Under the pieces are notes generated by a model. It saw nothing but the letters and a program-made list of their open reading frames with translations. It was not told where the DNA came from and searched no databases. DNA of 64,000 bases from Parashewanella sp. (lineage in GTDB: Bacteria; Pseudomonadota; Gammaproteobacteria; Enterobacterales; Shewanellaceae), in the NCBI GenBank assembly GCA_965200795.1, contig CBDAVB010000003.1, positions 110,859 to 174,858 of the forward strand, given 5' to 3'. Below are positions 45,346 to 55,369 of the stretch, one piece after another (position 1 is the first letter of the stretch; each line of letters starts with the position of its first letter). Made by a program: the position numbers and the translations under genes.

Positions 45346-45672
45346 CCGGGGAGGAGTCACAGTTCCACCGATAGAAGTCAGGTAGTTTAACCAGTACTCT
45401 TTTGGTAGCATACCACCTGATTTAGCTTCAGCTTTTTTCTTTGCCGCTTTTTTTGCTTTAGGCTTAGCTTCTGTTTTTACTTCTTCTTTGCTTTCAGCTG
45501 AATCTGAACCGAATGATTCTAACATCGCTTCAAGATCTGAAAATCTTAAAGACTTACCGTCATCAATCTTGTACCAACTACCTTTCTGTTCGATAGAAAC
45601 ATCACGACCTTCGTGTTGCTTAATTACAGCAGTTAAGGCTGCGATTGTTTCTTCTTTGCTCAGTTTTGGCAT
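45289..45672 (-). CDS. small lysine-rich hypothetical protein, C-terminus altered by the IS256 insertion
   Basis: It reads MPKLSKEETIAALTAVIKQHEGRDVSIEQKGSWYKIDDGKSLRF...KPKAKKAAKKKAEAK... The final 20 residues (VVFRNLCHFGKMSKTGMT...) are encoded by the IS256 end. The native ending ...VTPPRGFKL-stop can be read across the IS at 44030-44052. Confidence 0.6.
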   Translation of the reverse strand: MPKLSKEETIAALTAVIKQHEGRDVSIEQKGSWYKIDDGKSLRFSDLEAMLESFGSDSAESKEEVKTEAKPKAKKAAKKKAEAKSGGMLPKEYWLNYLTSIGGTVTPPRVVFRNLCHFGKMSKTGMT

Positions 45673-45839
45673 GAATATGACCTATTTATTATTTATATGT
45701 TTCAAAAAAACTATATGAATTTTAGTCCTATATCAGCCTAAAAGTCCAATTTTAGTCATTAAGGTTCGCTTGAATGTATAAAATTCACCGTTTTTGCGTG
45801 TTAACATAAAATATGTTTGCTCTGAATCCGAGAGAGAAA

Positions 45840-46592
45840 ATGAAAAGAGAAGCGTTATTAAATTATTTAGATGACTATTTAATGGTCTCTAAATACCGGG
45901 ACTACGCACCTAATGGTTTGCAGGTGGAAGGTCAAAGTGAAATCCGAAAAATCGTTACGGGAGTGACCGCGTCACAAGCTTTGATAAATGCCGCGATCAA
46001 AGAGAACGCGGATGCGCTTTTGGTACACCATGGTTATTTTTGGAAAGGTGAGCCGCAACAAATTGTCGGAATGAAACAGCGCCGGATTAAAGCTCTGCTT
46101 ATCAGTGACATTAATTTGATGGGCTATCACTTGCCGTTGGACGGGCATCCTGAAGTCGGAAACAACGTTCAGCTTGCTGAGAAATTGGGATTGGTTAATG
46201 TAAAATGTGTCGAAGGCGTAGAGCAAGATTTAATCTGCCAGGGTGAGCTGCCGCAGCCGTTATCCGCCGCTGAATTCTCAGCTCAAATGTCAGTGGTACT
46301 AAACCGTAATCCTCTTCATATCGGTGATAAAACTAAACTCATCTCTACAGTGGCCTGGTGTACCGGCGGTGCTCAGGATTACTTGAATATCGCGGTAACA
46401 CTCGGTGTCGACGCATTCATCAGCGGCGAAGTTTCGGAGCGTACATTCCATAACGCCGTGGAGCAGAGTATTCACTATTTCGCTGCTGGTCACCATGCCA
46501 CCGAACGCTACGGTATTGAGGCGTTAGGTGAGCATTTGCAAGAGAAGTTTGGCCTGGAACATAAGTTTATCGATATCGATAACCCGATATAA
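45840..46592 (+). CDS. ybgI: Nif3-family metal-binding protein (GTP cyclohydrolase 1 type 2 homologue)
   Basis: Colinear with E. coli YbgI (DYAPNGLQVEG, KIVTGVTASQAL, VHHGYFWKGE, GYHLPLDGHPE.GNN, WCTGGAQ, AAGHHATERYGI). The ATG at 45840 (MKREALLNYL) is preferred over 45813. Confidence 0.9.
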   Translation: MKREALLNYLDDYLMVSKYRDYAPNGLQVEGQSEIRKIVTGVTASQALINAAIKENADALLVHHGYFWKGEPQQIVGMKQRRIKALLISDINLMGYHLPLDGHPEVGNNVQLAEKLGLVNVKCVEGVEQDLICQGELPQPLSAAEFSAQMSVVLNRNPLHIGDKTKLISTVAWCTGGAQDYLNIAVTLGVDAFISGEVSERTFHNAVEQSIHYFAAGHHATERYGIEALGEHLQEKFGLEHKFIDIDNPI

Positions 46593-46681
46593 AAGGAGAG
46601 TGTTTTATACCGGTCAGCTTGATTTTCAGTTTTACGTCCTTATATTCGATGTTCGATTATGAATTGTTATAAGGATGTAAA

Positions 46682-47761
46682 GTGCGAGCCGCGACTCAAT
46701 ACCGGTTAATATATTTTATCTCAATCATCGCGAGTTTCTTTTCAGGAAGCCACTTTTTACCCGAAACTATTGATTCAGACCTTGAACTCGCGATAACTCT
46801 GGCGTTCGCGGGTTTGTATTTTGTTTTACTTCCTGTTTTATATTGGGTCGGGATTATTAGAATTGGTCAGCAAAAAACATGGAAAATCTTAATTGCCCTC
46901 AGTTTAAGCGCCCTGGTAGCCAGATATACGTTTCCTGATGATTTCGCTCAGTATTTTGATTTTATCGCCTGGATTAGGTATCCGCTTGTCGCTGTACTTC
47001 TGATACTGGAGCTTTATGTTACCTATCTTGTTTTCAGAGGCTTGTGGCAAGCCAGAAAAGCTTTGGGTGATCCAAGAGTAACAGCGCTTGAGTTCTATTT
47101 TAAGCAACAAGATAAAACAAATAAGCAAGAGAGTGATTCAAGCTCAGTAGTACAAAAGCTAAAAAGCTCTTTTAAAGAATCAAGAAAAGACAGCCAACTT
47201 GCTACGACACTGATGTTTTCAACTGAGCCAGCCAGCTGGTATTACGCCGTACCATACTTCAGCCGCAATCATATCCCAAGTTTAGGACGAATTAATTCTA
47301 CAACGGCGAAGTCTTACCATGTGGTTTTGATGAGCTTTGTCTTAATTTTAGCTGCCTTTTTGAGTTTGAGCTGGCTTGTTGAACGCTATGAATACGTCGC
47401 ATACTTTGCGGCCGTTGTTTCCGGCTACAGTTTGATTTTTACCATTGGTAATTACCGTGTTGCCAAGCATTATTCAATTTACCGAAAAGGTAACCATTTA
47501 ATTGTAAGTCAAGGGCTATTCAGCGTCAGTCGTTTTAATATTGATGACATTGCAGAAGTTGAGCGTAGCGAGACAAAACCTGAAAAAGACGAGGTTTCTT
47601 TCGGTAAGGGCGAGGGCGACTATGTAAGGTTAAAATTTTCCAAGCCGCAAAATTATTTTGGCATGATGGGACAGTTTACCGAGCAAGTGGAGCAAATTTA
47701 TCTTGCCGTTGATAATCCCGGCGAACTTATCGCGGCTATAAAAAGCTCAACCAGAAATTAG
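46682..47761 (+). CDS. hypothetical polytopic membrane protein
   Basis: 359 aa with a GTG start. There are about 4 N-terminal TM segments, a hydrophilic linker, 2 more TM segments and a soluble C-terminal domain. No family recognised. Confidence 0.55.
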   Translation: MRAATQYRLIYFISIIASFFSGSHFLPETIDSDLELAITLAFAGLYFVLLPVLYWVGIIRIGQQKTWKILIALSLSALVARYTFPDDFAQYFDFIAWIRYPLVAVLLILELYVTYLVFRGLWQARKALGDPRVTALEFYFKQQDKTNKQESDSSSVVQKLKSSFKESRKDSQLATTLMFSTEPASWYYAVPYFSRNHIPSLGRINSTTAKSYHVVLMSFVLILAAFLSLSWLVERYEYVAYFAAVVSGYSLIFTIGNYRVAKHYSIYRKGNHLIVSQGLFSVSRFNIDDIAEVERSETKPEKDEVSFGKGEGDYVRLKFSKPQNYFGMMGQFTEQVEQIYLAVDNPGELIAAIKSSTRN

Positions 47762-47801
47762 CTGAGCCGTAAAAACGGGCTTAAATCAAATTAAATCAGC
47801 T

Positions 47802-48065
47802 TTACTTTGCGTCTTCAGGTAAAGTGACGTTCAATTCAAGAACAGACAGATTGTCATCATTCTGCTCCATTTGTACTGAAACCTGATCCTCCGAAATCGT
47901 CACGTATTTTTTGATAACCTCAATGATTTCCTGCTTCATCTTCGGCAGGTAATCAGGCCCGCTTCGTTCGCCGCGCTGATGGGCTACGATGATTTGTAAC
48001 CTGTCTTTAGCAACGGATGCTGAAGTCTGCTTTTTGTTTGACTTAAAATAATCTATCAATGCCAT
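47802..48065 (-). CDS. minE: cell division topological specificity factor MinE
   Basis: 87 aa. It reads MALIDYFKS...[17 protein letters not shown]. Confidence 0.93.
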   Translation of the reverse strand: MALIDYFKSNKKQTSASVAKDRLQIIVAHQRGERSGPDYLPKMKQEIIEVIKKYVTISEDQVSVQMEQNDDNLSVLELNVTLPEDAK

Positions 48066-48068
48066 AAG

Positions 48069-48878
48069 TTAACTTCCGAAAATCCTTTTTAATATTCCTT
48101 TTTTCTGTTCCTCGGTGAAACGTAAAGGAACATCCGCGCCTAGTAAACGGTCAACCATATCTTTATAGGCTTCGCCTGCGTCACTCTCTTCATCAAGAAT
48201 TACCGGGACACCCGCGTTCGACGCTTTTAATACCGCTTGTGATTCAGGAATAACACCGACTAAATCAATAGCCAGAATTTCCCGGACATCTTCAACGCTG
48301 AGCATCTCACCGGTATTAACACGTTTTGGTGAGTAGCGAGTCAGCAACAAGTATTCTTTTACGGGTTCCAAACCTTCAACAGCGCGCTTAGACTTACTCT
48401 GCAGAATACCTAAAATACGGTCAGAGTCCCTGACAGAGCTGACTTCCGGGTTGGTCGTTACAATAGCGATATCCGCATAGTATTGTGCCATCATAGCACC
48501 TTGTTCAATGCCGGCCGGTGAGTCACAAACGATATATTCGAAATTACCGCTCAGATCGTCCAGAACTTTACCCACGCCATCAACGGTCAGCGCGTCTTTA
48601 TCTCTGGTCTGCGACGCGGGGAGAATGTATAAGCTCTCATTTCTCTTATCTTTAATCAATGCCTGATTGAGATTGGCTTCGCCGTTAATTACGTTGACAA
48701 AATCATAGACGACGCGCCTTTCACATCCCATGATCAAATCAAGGTTTCTCAGACCAATATCAAAATCAATCACTACGGTTTTGCGCCCTTTAAGAGCCAG
48801 ACCTGTTGCTATTGCGGCACTCGATGTTGTTTTCCCTACACCACCTTTGCCCGACGTCACTACAATAACTTGCGCCAT
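48069..48878 (-). CDS. minD: septum site-determining ATPase MinD
   Basis: 269 aa. It has the deviant Walker A SGKGGVGKTT and a C-terminal amphipathic helix KKGILKRIFG. Confidence 0.96.
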   Translation of the reverse strand: MAQVIVVTSGKGGVGKTTSSAAIATGLALKGRKTVVIDFDIGLRNLDLIMGCERRVVYDFVNVINGEANLNQALIKDKRNESLYILPASQTRDKDALTVDGVGKVLDDLSGNFEYIVCDSPAGIEQGAMMAQYYADIAIVTTNPEVSSVRDSDRILGILQSKSKRAVEGLEPVKEYLLLTRYSPKRVNTGEMLSVEDVREILAIDLVGVIPESQAVLKASNAGVPVILDEESDAGEAYKDMVDRLLGADVPLRFTEEQKKGILKRIFGS

Positions 48879-48896
48879 AAATTTTGTCCTTTCCTT

Positions 48897-49559
48897 CTAA
48901 AAAGGTAATGATTCTATAATTAAATTTTCCTGTTCTAATCGAATGCAGTTCGCCGCTTGCTCAAGCTGTCGTTGCAAATTATCATTCAACCAATATTGAC
49001 CGGCGATAGAGACTAATTCAGCTTGGACATTATGTGCGATGATGACGGCGTTTTTATCGCCGGCCGCCCCTGCCATAGCCTTGCCCCGAAGCGTACCATG
49101 AATATGAATATTGCCGTCAGCAATGACCTCAGCGCCATTACTCACCGCACCGAAGATCACTAAATCAGCGTCTTTAGCGTAAATCTGCTGGCCTGAGCGA
49201 ACGGTTTTCTTAATAATTCTCGTTGTCTTAGGCATGGCCGGCGTGTTTACTGTCTTGCCCGTTTTAATGCTGACTAAATTCACTTGCTTAGCTTGCTGTT
49301 TTATTTCTTCGTTTGCCTCTGCAATCCCGACAACCACTAAACCTAGTTCTGACAATAATTGCTTTAATTTTGATATATTAAAGTCAGGCTGCGTAATTTG
49401 TGAAAGATTGAGTACTAACGGGGCGCCGATGAGAAAATGCGGAGCAAGAGCAATTTTAGTTTCCAGCTCATTTTTAATTTGCTCTAGATTTGCTGTCTTC
49501 AAATGAAGCACGGATAGGGTAAAAGATGACCCTTTTAATTCGAAGCTAGAATTCGGCAT
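48897..49559 (-). CDS. minC: septum site-determining protein MinC
   Basis: It begins MPNSSFELKGSSFTLSVLHL (compare the E. coli MinC start), with the C-terminal block VRSGQQIYA...GNIHIHGTLRGKA.AG. The ATG at 49559 is preferred over 49595. Confidence 0.92.
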   Translation of the reverse strand: MPNSSFELKGSSFTLSVLHLKTANLEQIKNELETKIALAPHFLIGAPLVLNLSQITQPDFNISKLKQLLSELGLVVVGIAEANEEIKQQAKQVNLVSIKTGKTVNTPAMPKTTRIIKKTVRSGQQIYAKDADLVIFGAVSNGAEVIADGNIHIHGTLRGKAMAGAAGDKNAVIIAHNVQAELVSIAGQYWLNDNLQRQLEQAANCIRLEQENLIIESLPF

Positions 49560-49681
49560 TCTGAAACAACACCCTTGATTCTGTCTGATTTTCATCAGAT
49601 ATCTGATTATAATTTTAAACGTTCATGTTATAGTGTCGACTTGTATCTGGCAAGCTGTAACTCAGGGATTTGTTAAACAAA

Positions 49682-49969
49682 ATGATCTGCGCTGTATATA
49701 AAAGTAGTATCAAGCAAGAAACCTATCTGTTCGTACCAAAAAAAGACAATTTTGACGATGTTCCCGAGCCTTTAATGAAAATGTTCGGCACACCTGCCCT
49801 GGTGATGCTATTACCTTTAGAGAAAACTGAAAAATTAGCGATTGCTGTTATTGAAAAAGTTAAGCGAGATCTGGCCGGTAAAGGGTATTACTTACAATTG
49901 CCGCTCCCTAAGGAAAATCTTCTTGAACTGCATCGACTTTCATTAGGGTTAGATAAAACAGAAAGTTAG
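49682..49969 (+). CDS. ycgL: YcgL-domain protein
   Basis: It reads MICAVYKSSIKQETYLFVPKKDNFDDVPEPLMKMFG...GYYLQLP, matching the E. coli YcgL pattern. The ATG at 49682 is preferred over the TTG at 49670. Confidence 0.85.
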   Translation: MICAVYKSSIKQETYLFVPKKDNFDDVPEPLMKMFGTPALVMLLPLEKTEKLAIAVIEKVKRDLAGKGYYLQLPLPKENLLELHRLSLGLDKTES

Positions 49970-50049
49970 TAACTTTTACTTACTTGCGGATATGATAATT
50001 TTCTCAAATAAGGAGCGCGGAGAATTATCAGCGTTTCTGTTCCGCACGG

Positions 50050-51045
50050 ATGAAGGGATTATTTATGACTAAAAAATCATTGTGGTTGTTAACCTTGCTG
50101 TGTCTGACTCAGTTTTCACATGCAAAGCCGCAAAGTTTTAATGAGTTTATCAAAGCAATACAACATGAGGCTAATGCCAAAGGCATAAGTAGCGCCACTG
50201 TGAGTATTCTTTCTGAGCAATCGAAACCCTTTAAAAAACTGGGCTCAAAGGAGCGGGCCTTAATTGCCGGGGAGCCTGTTTCTTTCGGTGCGTACTTAAC
50301 TTCAAATATAACCGATGAAACGTTAAATCAGCTTAGCCGATTTCATGAAAGGTACCAAAATCAACTCACTGAAATTGCAAAATATTATAAGGTTCAGCCG
50401 AGGTTTGTTTTAGCGGCTTGGGCTGTGATATCTGATGTCGGTCAGTCTTATTCAAATTACCCTGTGCTGTCGATTTACTCATCCAAGGCCTTCAGGGCTG
50501 ATGATAATGAGACTAAAGAACAGTTATACGCGGCATTAAAAGCAATAGATGAAAATAAACTCAATATTCATGATTTCAGGTCTGATCATCTCGGCAGAAT
50601 AGGGCAGCTTTCCTTTACTCCGCTTTTGTATCAGCAATACGCTCAAGATTGGGATAAAGACGGTAAGTTTGATATCTGGCGTAACAATCTGGATAGTTTG
50701 GCTACTGTGGCTAACTTCCTGAGTAAAAAGGGGTGGAACCGATCACAAACTTGGGGGAGGCAAGTCGCGTTAAAGCAGAAATTCACTCATAAAACCCTTT
50801 ACGAAAAAGCTCACTCTTTTGTTTTTTGGTCACAAAAGGGAATTACAAAATACAACGGCAGTCAACTGCCGGATAGAAGTGATATTAAAGCGACTTTAGT
50901 TCAACCGCTGGCTAAAGACAGTCGTCATTATCTGGTTTATGACAATTTTAAAGTTCTGACTCAATGGCCTGATGTTGATGATAAACGTGCGTTAGCCATT
51001 ACCTATTTGTCTGAAAAGCTGAAACCTCTTTTCAGGGAAAAATAA
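50050..51045 (+). CDS. MltB-family (SLT_2) lytic murein transglycosylase-like protein
   Basis: 331 aa with a signal peptide. Blocks resemble the family: IGQLSFTPLLYQQYAQDWDKDGKFDIW and ATVANFLSKKGW. The motif where I expect W-G-(I/V)-E-(S/T)-N-(F/Y)-G reads WAVISDVG, so there is no Glu. Confidence 0.6.
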   Translation: MKGLFMTKKSLWLLTLLCLTQFSHAKPQSFNEFIKAIQHEANAKGISSATVSILSEQSKPFKKLGSKERALIAGEPVSFGAYLTSNITDETLNQLSRFHERYQNQLTEIAKYYKVQPRFVLAAWAVISDVGQSYSNYPVLSIYSSKAFRADDNETKEQLYAALKAIDENKLNIHDFRSDHLGRIGQLSFTPLLYQQYAQDWDKDGKFDIWRNNLDSLATVANFLSKKGWNRSQTWGRQVALKQKFTHKTLYEKAHSFVFWSQKGITKYNGSQLPDRSDIKATLVQPLAKDSRHYLVYDNFKVLTQWPDVDDKRALAITYLSEKLKPLFREK

Positions 51046-51123
51046 ATTTTGCTGAGTCGGATACGGAACAAACGCCAGATTTATTGTAGAATTCAGCGTT
51101 TTTTATTTTTAGTCTCACAAATT

Positions 51124-51564
51124 ATGTCGTTTTGGAAAGAAAAAAAGTTATCAGAAATGACCGCTCAGGAGTGGGAGTCATTATGTGACGGCTGCGGAAA
51201 ATGTTGTTTAAACAAAATCATTGATGATGAAACTGGTGAGTTGTTTTACACAGAAGCGGCTTGCAAGCTGCTCGATCATAAAACGGCGGCGTGTAAGAAC
51301 TACTCCGACCGCACAAGTCTGGTGCCAGAGTGTACGGTTATCACAATTGATAACTTACCTGAGCTGGACTGGCTTCCTGACAGCTGCGCTTACCGGCGTT
51401 TATATTCAGGTCAGTCATTACCTGAATGGCACCCTTTAATTGCCGGCGACAAAAAGAAAATGCATAAGCTGGGTATGTCGGTTAAAGGAAAGGTGGTTGA
51501 TGAGAGAAGTGTGAAGTATTTAGACGACCATATTGTTATTTGGCCGCTTCACAATATTGATTAA
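51124..51564 (+). CDS. ycgN: YcgN (UPF0260) cysteine-cluster protein
   Basis: It begins [31 protein letters not shown] and contains WLPDSCAYR and LPEWHPL, colinear with E. coli YcgN. The ATG at 51124 is preferred over the TTG at 51049. Confidence 0.88.
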   Translation: MSFWKEKKLSEMTAQEWESLCDGCGKCCLNKIIDDETGELFYTEAACKLLDHKTAACKNYSDRTSLVPECTVITIDNLPELDWLPDSCAYRRLYSGQSLPEWHPLIAGDKKKMHKLGMSVKGKVVDERSVKYLDDHIVIWPLHNID

Positions 51565-51625
51565 CCTCAGCATTAAATAAATGAGTTGATATATCCAGGT
51601 ATACCAACTCATAACCACTTATCTT

Positions 51626-52189
51626 TTAAACGTTTTTACTGACAGACGCCTGAAAGAACAAAGCAAACGCAGCCAGGAACATGATAAAGACGACAATCAT
51701 CCATTCCGCCATTGACACACCTAAAAAGCGCCACTGAATTTCTCCGCACAAGCCTGTAGGCTGAAATATTGACGGTAACCACTCATGTAAAGGCATCCAA
51801 GAAGGGAATTCAGGTAAGAAAGAGCATGTCGCAAAAGGCGACGGATTACGTTCGATCTGGACCAGTTCTATCGCAATCTTTAACCCCCAGGACGCACTTA
51901 ACCCCCAAACGACCACGCCAAACGTTCTTAACATGCGAGATTTAGGGTTTGCTAAGCCGATTAAACCGGCAGCAAGTAAACCAAACATAGCTAAGCGTTG
52001 GTAGACACACATAACACACGGGTCTAAATGCATAACGTATTGGAAGAACAGAGCACAGCCTTCCAGTGCCAGAGCACCAAGGGCAAGAATTAACCAGGCC
52101 AGTCGAGTTTGTGAAAAAGCGATTAAATTTTTCAATTGTAACTCCAGAATTTTAAAAGCCCCAGGTAACACGGGGGCGCTCGACGTCAC
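51626..52189 (-). CDS. dsbB: disulfide bond formation protein B
   Basis: 187 aa with four TM segments. The first periplasmic loop carries CVMCVYQR (CxxC) and a later Cys pair is present. Confidence 0.9.
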   Translation of the reverse strand: MTSSAPVLPGAFKILELQLKNLIAFSQTRLAWLILALGALALEGCALFFQYVMHLDPCVMCVYQRLAMFGLLAAGLIGLANPKSRMLRTFGVVVWGLSASWGLKIAIELVQIERNPSPFATCSFLPEFPSWMPLHEWLPSIFQPTGLCGEIQWRFLGVSMAEWMIVVFIMFLAAFALFFQASVSKNV

Positions 52190-52212
52190 TATAACAATTT
52201 GAAATTTAGATG

Positions 52213-53805
52213 TTAATGGGTAACTAAAGATGCATCTGAAATTTCTTTTGCACTGTGATGACCGATTAAATGAACATCATAATAGAAGTATCGAGTCAAG
52301 TTTTCTAATGCCCCCATTTCAATTGCTGCTACACCAACAAGTGAAAGAACGATTGTGTATGGAAGCGCCATCCAAACCATTCTGCCGTAGGATAATCTGA
52401 TGAGCGGAGCAAGCGCGGATGTCAGCAGGAACAAGAACGCGGCCTGACCGTTTGGTGTCGCGACTGACGGCAGGTTTGTACCGGTATTGATCGCTACAGC
52501 TAATAAATCGAATTGGTCACGGGTGATTTCGCCGTTAATCAGCGCTGTTTTAACTTCGTTAATGTAAACAGTACCAACGAATACGTTATCACTCACCATA
52601 GAAAGTAAGCCGTTCGCAATGTAGAAAATGACTAATTGCATGTTGCCTTCAAAACTCAGCGCCCAGTGAATGACCGGAGAAAAAAGGTTTTGATCAATAA
52701 TCACGCCTACAACCGAGAAGAATACCGCAAGAAGAGCCGTGAAAGGCAATGCCTCTTCAAATGCTTTACCCAGAGCGTGCTCGTCAGTCACACCGTTAAA
52801 TGCAGTATTGATAATAATAACGGACAGACCAATCAAACCAACTGACGCAAGGTGGAATGCAAGGCCGATGATTAACCAGATACCGACTAAAGCTTGAATT
52901 ACAAGTTTAACTTTGTCTTTCTGAGTGCGCGTTTTGTCTTCGTACGCCGCATAGTCAGACAGAATTGTATGCACCGCTTGAGGTAATTGAACGCCGTAGC
53001 CGAAGACTTTGAATTTCTCAACCAAGAAACAGGTTATCAGGCCGGCAAATAAAACAGGAACCGTAACCGGTGACATTCTTAATGCGAACTCTGCAAATCC
53101 CCAGTTGGTCTGTGAAGCGATAATCAGGTTTTGCGGCTCGCCGACCATAGTACAAACACCCCCCAGTGCCGTACCGACCCCTGCGTGAAGTAGCAAGTTA
53201 CGTAAGAAACCACGGAAGTTTTCAAGCTCTTCATAATTAAGCTGTTGCTGTTCTTCTCGTGTATGATCATGATCATCGTGGAAATTTTTTCCTGACGCTA
53301 CTTTGTGGTAGATCGAGTAAAAACCAACGGCTACAGCGATAATTACCGCAATTACTGTCAGCGCGTCAAGAAACGCTGATAAGAATGCCGCGCAGGCGCA
53401 AAACATTAAAGAAACAACGACTTTTGAACGAACCTTAGTAATGATTTTCGTGAAAGAAAAAAGTAATAGCTGCTTCATGAAGTAAATACCAGCGACCATA
53501 AAGATCAGCAGTAACAGAACTTCTAAGTTGGCCTGGATTTCATGAAGTACCTGATAAGGGCTTGTCATGCCTATCGCAACCGCTTCAATGGCGAGTAAGC
53601 CTCCAGGCTGAAGCGGATAACACTTCAACGCCATTGCCAGGGTAAAGATAAATTCGACGACTAGTAGCCATCCCGCAACAAACGGATCTACAAAAAAGAA
53701 AACTAACGGGTTTATTATCAAGCAAGCTAAAATTGCAATCTTGTACCACTTAGGAGAATTACCTAAGAAGTTATCAATAAACGCCTGACTCATGGTCACA
53801 GGCAT
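52213..53805 (-). CDS. nhaB: Na+/H+ antiporter NhaB
   Basis: Colinear with E. coli NhaB over nearly its whole length ([81 protein letters not shown]). The ATG at 53805 (MPVTMSQAF) is preferred over 53835. Confidence 0.93.
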   Translation of the reverse strand: MPVTMSQAFIDNFLGNSPKWYKIAILACLIINPLVFFFVDPFVAGWLLVVEFIFTLAMALKCYPLQPGGLLAIEAVAIGMTSPYQVLHEIQANLEVLLLLIFMVAGIYFMKQLLLFSFTKIITKVRSKVVVSLMFCACAAFLSAFLDALTVIAVIIAVAVGFYSIYHKVASGKNFHDDHDHTREEQQQLNYEELENFRGFLRNLLLHAGVGTALGGVCTMVGEPQNLIIASQTNWGFAEFALRMSPVTVPVLFAGLITCFLVEKFKVFGYGVQLPQAVHTILSDYAAYEDKTRTQKDKVKLVIQALVGIWLIIGLAFHLASVGLIGLSVIIINTAFNGVTDEHALGKAFEEALPFTALLAVFFSVVGVIIDQNLFSPVIHWALSFEGNMQLVIFYIANGLLSMVSDNVFVGTVYINEVKTALINGEITRDQFDLLAVAINTGTNLPSVATPNGQAAFLFLLTSALAPLIRLSYGRMVWMALPYTIVLSLVGVAAIEMGALENLTRYFYYDVHLIGHHSAKEISDASLVTH

Positions 53806-53832
53806 ATGATCCTCACTCATGTAAATATCAAT

Positions 53833-53874
53833 CAATTAATCTAAGGTGATAAAATTAACACCTTAGATTAATTG
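53833..53874. promoter_or_regulatory. perfect 16-bp inverted repeat immediately upstream of nhaB
   Basis: CAATTAATCTAAGGTG-ATAAAATTAA-CACCTTAGATTAATTG lies 28 bp upstream of the preferred nhaB start. It is a candidate operator or 5'-leader hairpin. Function unknown. Confidence 0.4.
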
Positions 53875-54141
53875 ATAAAGGTTTAAAATAAATGCCGACT
53901 TTCGCCAGTCTAGACTAAAGAAACTTCTGGTGTCATCAGGGAAAAAACTTAAATTTTTAAAAATTAGATATCGGCGGCAGAATTTTAGTGACTTATCGAA
54001 TGAAATGCTATCTCCGTCATAATATCTACACGAAAAAAAGCAGTTTTTTTACGATTACGTTAAATGGGGTTGTGTTAATTTATCCTCTCTCTGGTATGAT
54101 CTGTTCAATCTCAAACGAATTATTATCGGAAAAATAGGTTG

Positions 54142-54858
54142 ATGATTATCAATGCCAAAGGACCTGCGAGTTTCGCAGAGAAATATATTGTTCGTTCAAT
54201 TTGGGAAGGTAAATTCCCGTCTGGTTCAATTTTACCTGCGGAGCGTGAACTTTCAGAGTTGATTGGTGTTACGCGTACCACACTAAGAGAAGTGCTTCAA
54301 AGACTCGCCAGAGATGGCTGGTTAACCATTCAGCACGGTAAACCTACAAAAGTTAATAATTTCTGGGAAACCTCAGGTCTGAATATTCTTGAGACTATCG
54401 CGGATCTTAATCCGGAAGGTTTTCCGACTTTAGTGGATCAACTCCTGTCCGCCCGGACCAACATCAGTACTATTTATTTCCGCGCCGCGGTTCGTACTAA
54501 TCCAGACGTAGTTTGTGAAGTACTTTCTAAAATTCCGGAGCTTGAAGACACTGCTGAAGCTTATGCTGAATTTGATTATGAACTTCACCACACTTTGGCG
54601 TTTTCATGCGGCAACCCGCTTTACGTATTAATTCTTAACGGCTTTAAAGGCTTGTATAGCCGCGTTGGTCGTTATTACTTCTCCAGCCCTGAAGCAAGAA
54701 AACTTGCAATGAATTTTTACGTTGAGCTTGAAAAGCTGGGTAAAGTCAAGAACTTCCAGGAAGTGGCTGATTTAATGAGAAAGTATGGTATTGAGAGTGG
54801 TCAGGTCTGGTTGTCGATTCGTGAAGACTTGCCGTCAGAAATCGCGCACGAATCCTGA
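54142..54858 (+). CDS. fadR: fatty acid metabolism regulator FadR (GntR family)
   Basis: [52 protein letters not shown] is nearly identical to E. coli FadR. The length is the short enterobacterial-type form. Confidence 0.95.
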   Translation: MIINAKGPASFAEKYIVRSIWEGKFPSGSILPAERELSELIGVTRTTLREVLQRLARDGWLTIQHGKPTKVNNFWETSGLNILETIADLNPEGFPTLVDQLLSARTNISTIYFRAAVRTNPDVVCEVLSKIPELEDTAEAYAEFDYELHHTLAFSCGNPLYVLILNGFKGLYSRVGRYYFSSPEARKLAMNFYVELEKLGKVKNFQEVADLMRKYGIESGQVWLSIREDLPSEIAHES

Positions 54859-54872
54859 TTGAAAATTAACAT

Positions 54873-54901
54873 GCGTTAGATTTCAGCGGGAAATCTAACG
54901 C
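54873..54901. terminator. hairpin between convergent fadR and 54910-55272
   Basis: GCGTTAGATTT-CAGCGGG-AAATCTAACGC is a perfect 11-bp stem, 15 bp after the fadR stop. There is no strong U tract. Confidence 0.5.
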
Positions 54902-54909
54902 ATCAAAGT

Positions 54910-55272
54910 TTATTGATTAAAATTGTTTTGTTCTAGGTTTATTTTCTGGATATTCCAGCGATAACCCGTTGAATTGTCCTTTAAATTATAGCTCGTTAAT
55001 TTTAACGGCAACTCTATCTCGGTTTGGGGCAGTTTTATTAAAAAGTTTTTTTCATCATTCATAGCAGGTACGCCTAACATTAAACTGGACTTGTAAAACC
55101 TGCACACTCCGTAAAATGGTTTAGAGAGTGTATGACGATAATCATTAAAATGTATATAAGTACCACTACAAGGATAAACTTTATTGTCTATATTTTTGCC
55201 TTGATACGTTGCGGCGTATGCATAATTACTGAGTAATAACACGCCCAGAAAAAGCTTCGTTACGACTTTCAT
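54910..55272 (-). CDS. small exported hypothetical protein
   Basis: 120 aa with a signal peptide (MKVVTKLFLGVLLLSNYAYA). It is AT-rich and sits between fadR and the ycgB operon. No family recognised. Confidence 0.5.
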   Translation of the reverse strand: MKVVTKLFLGVLLLSNYAYAATYQGKNIDNKVYPCSGTYIHFNDYRHTLSKPFYGVCRFYKSSLMLGVPAMNDEKNFLIKLPQTEIELPLKLTSYNLKDNSTGYRWNIQKINLEQNNFNQ

Positions 55273-55369
55273 TCTTTACCTTTCTACATCAGCTGAACGC
55301 AAAAGCAAACTATCATTAAAGCCCTGAATACAGAAGGACGCATTGGTTATTAGTTATCAACATCAGTTA

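Noticed and set aside
54085-54105. TCTGGTATGATCTGTT upstream of fadR as a FadR operator (autoregulation)
   Set aside because: It resembles the FadR box half-sites. It is equally well explained as an extended -10 element (TGgTATGAT), and I could not find a well-spaced -35. The evidence is too ambiguous to annotate.
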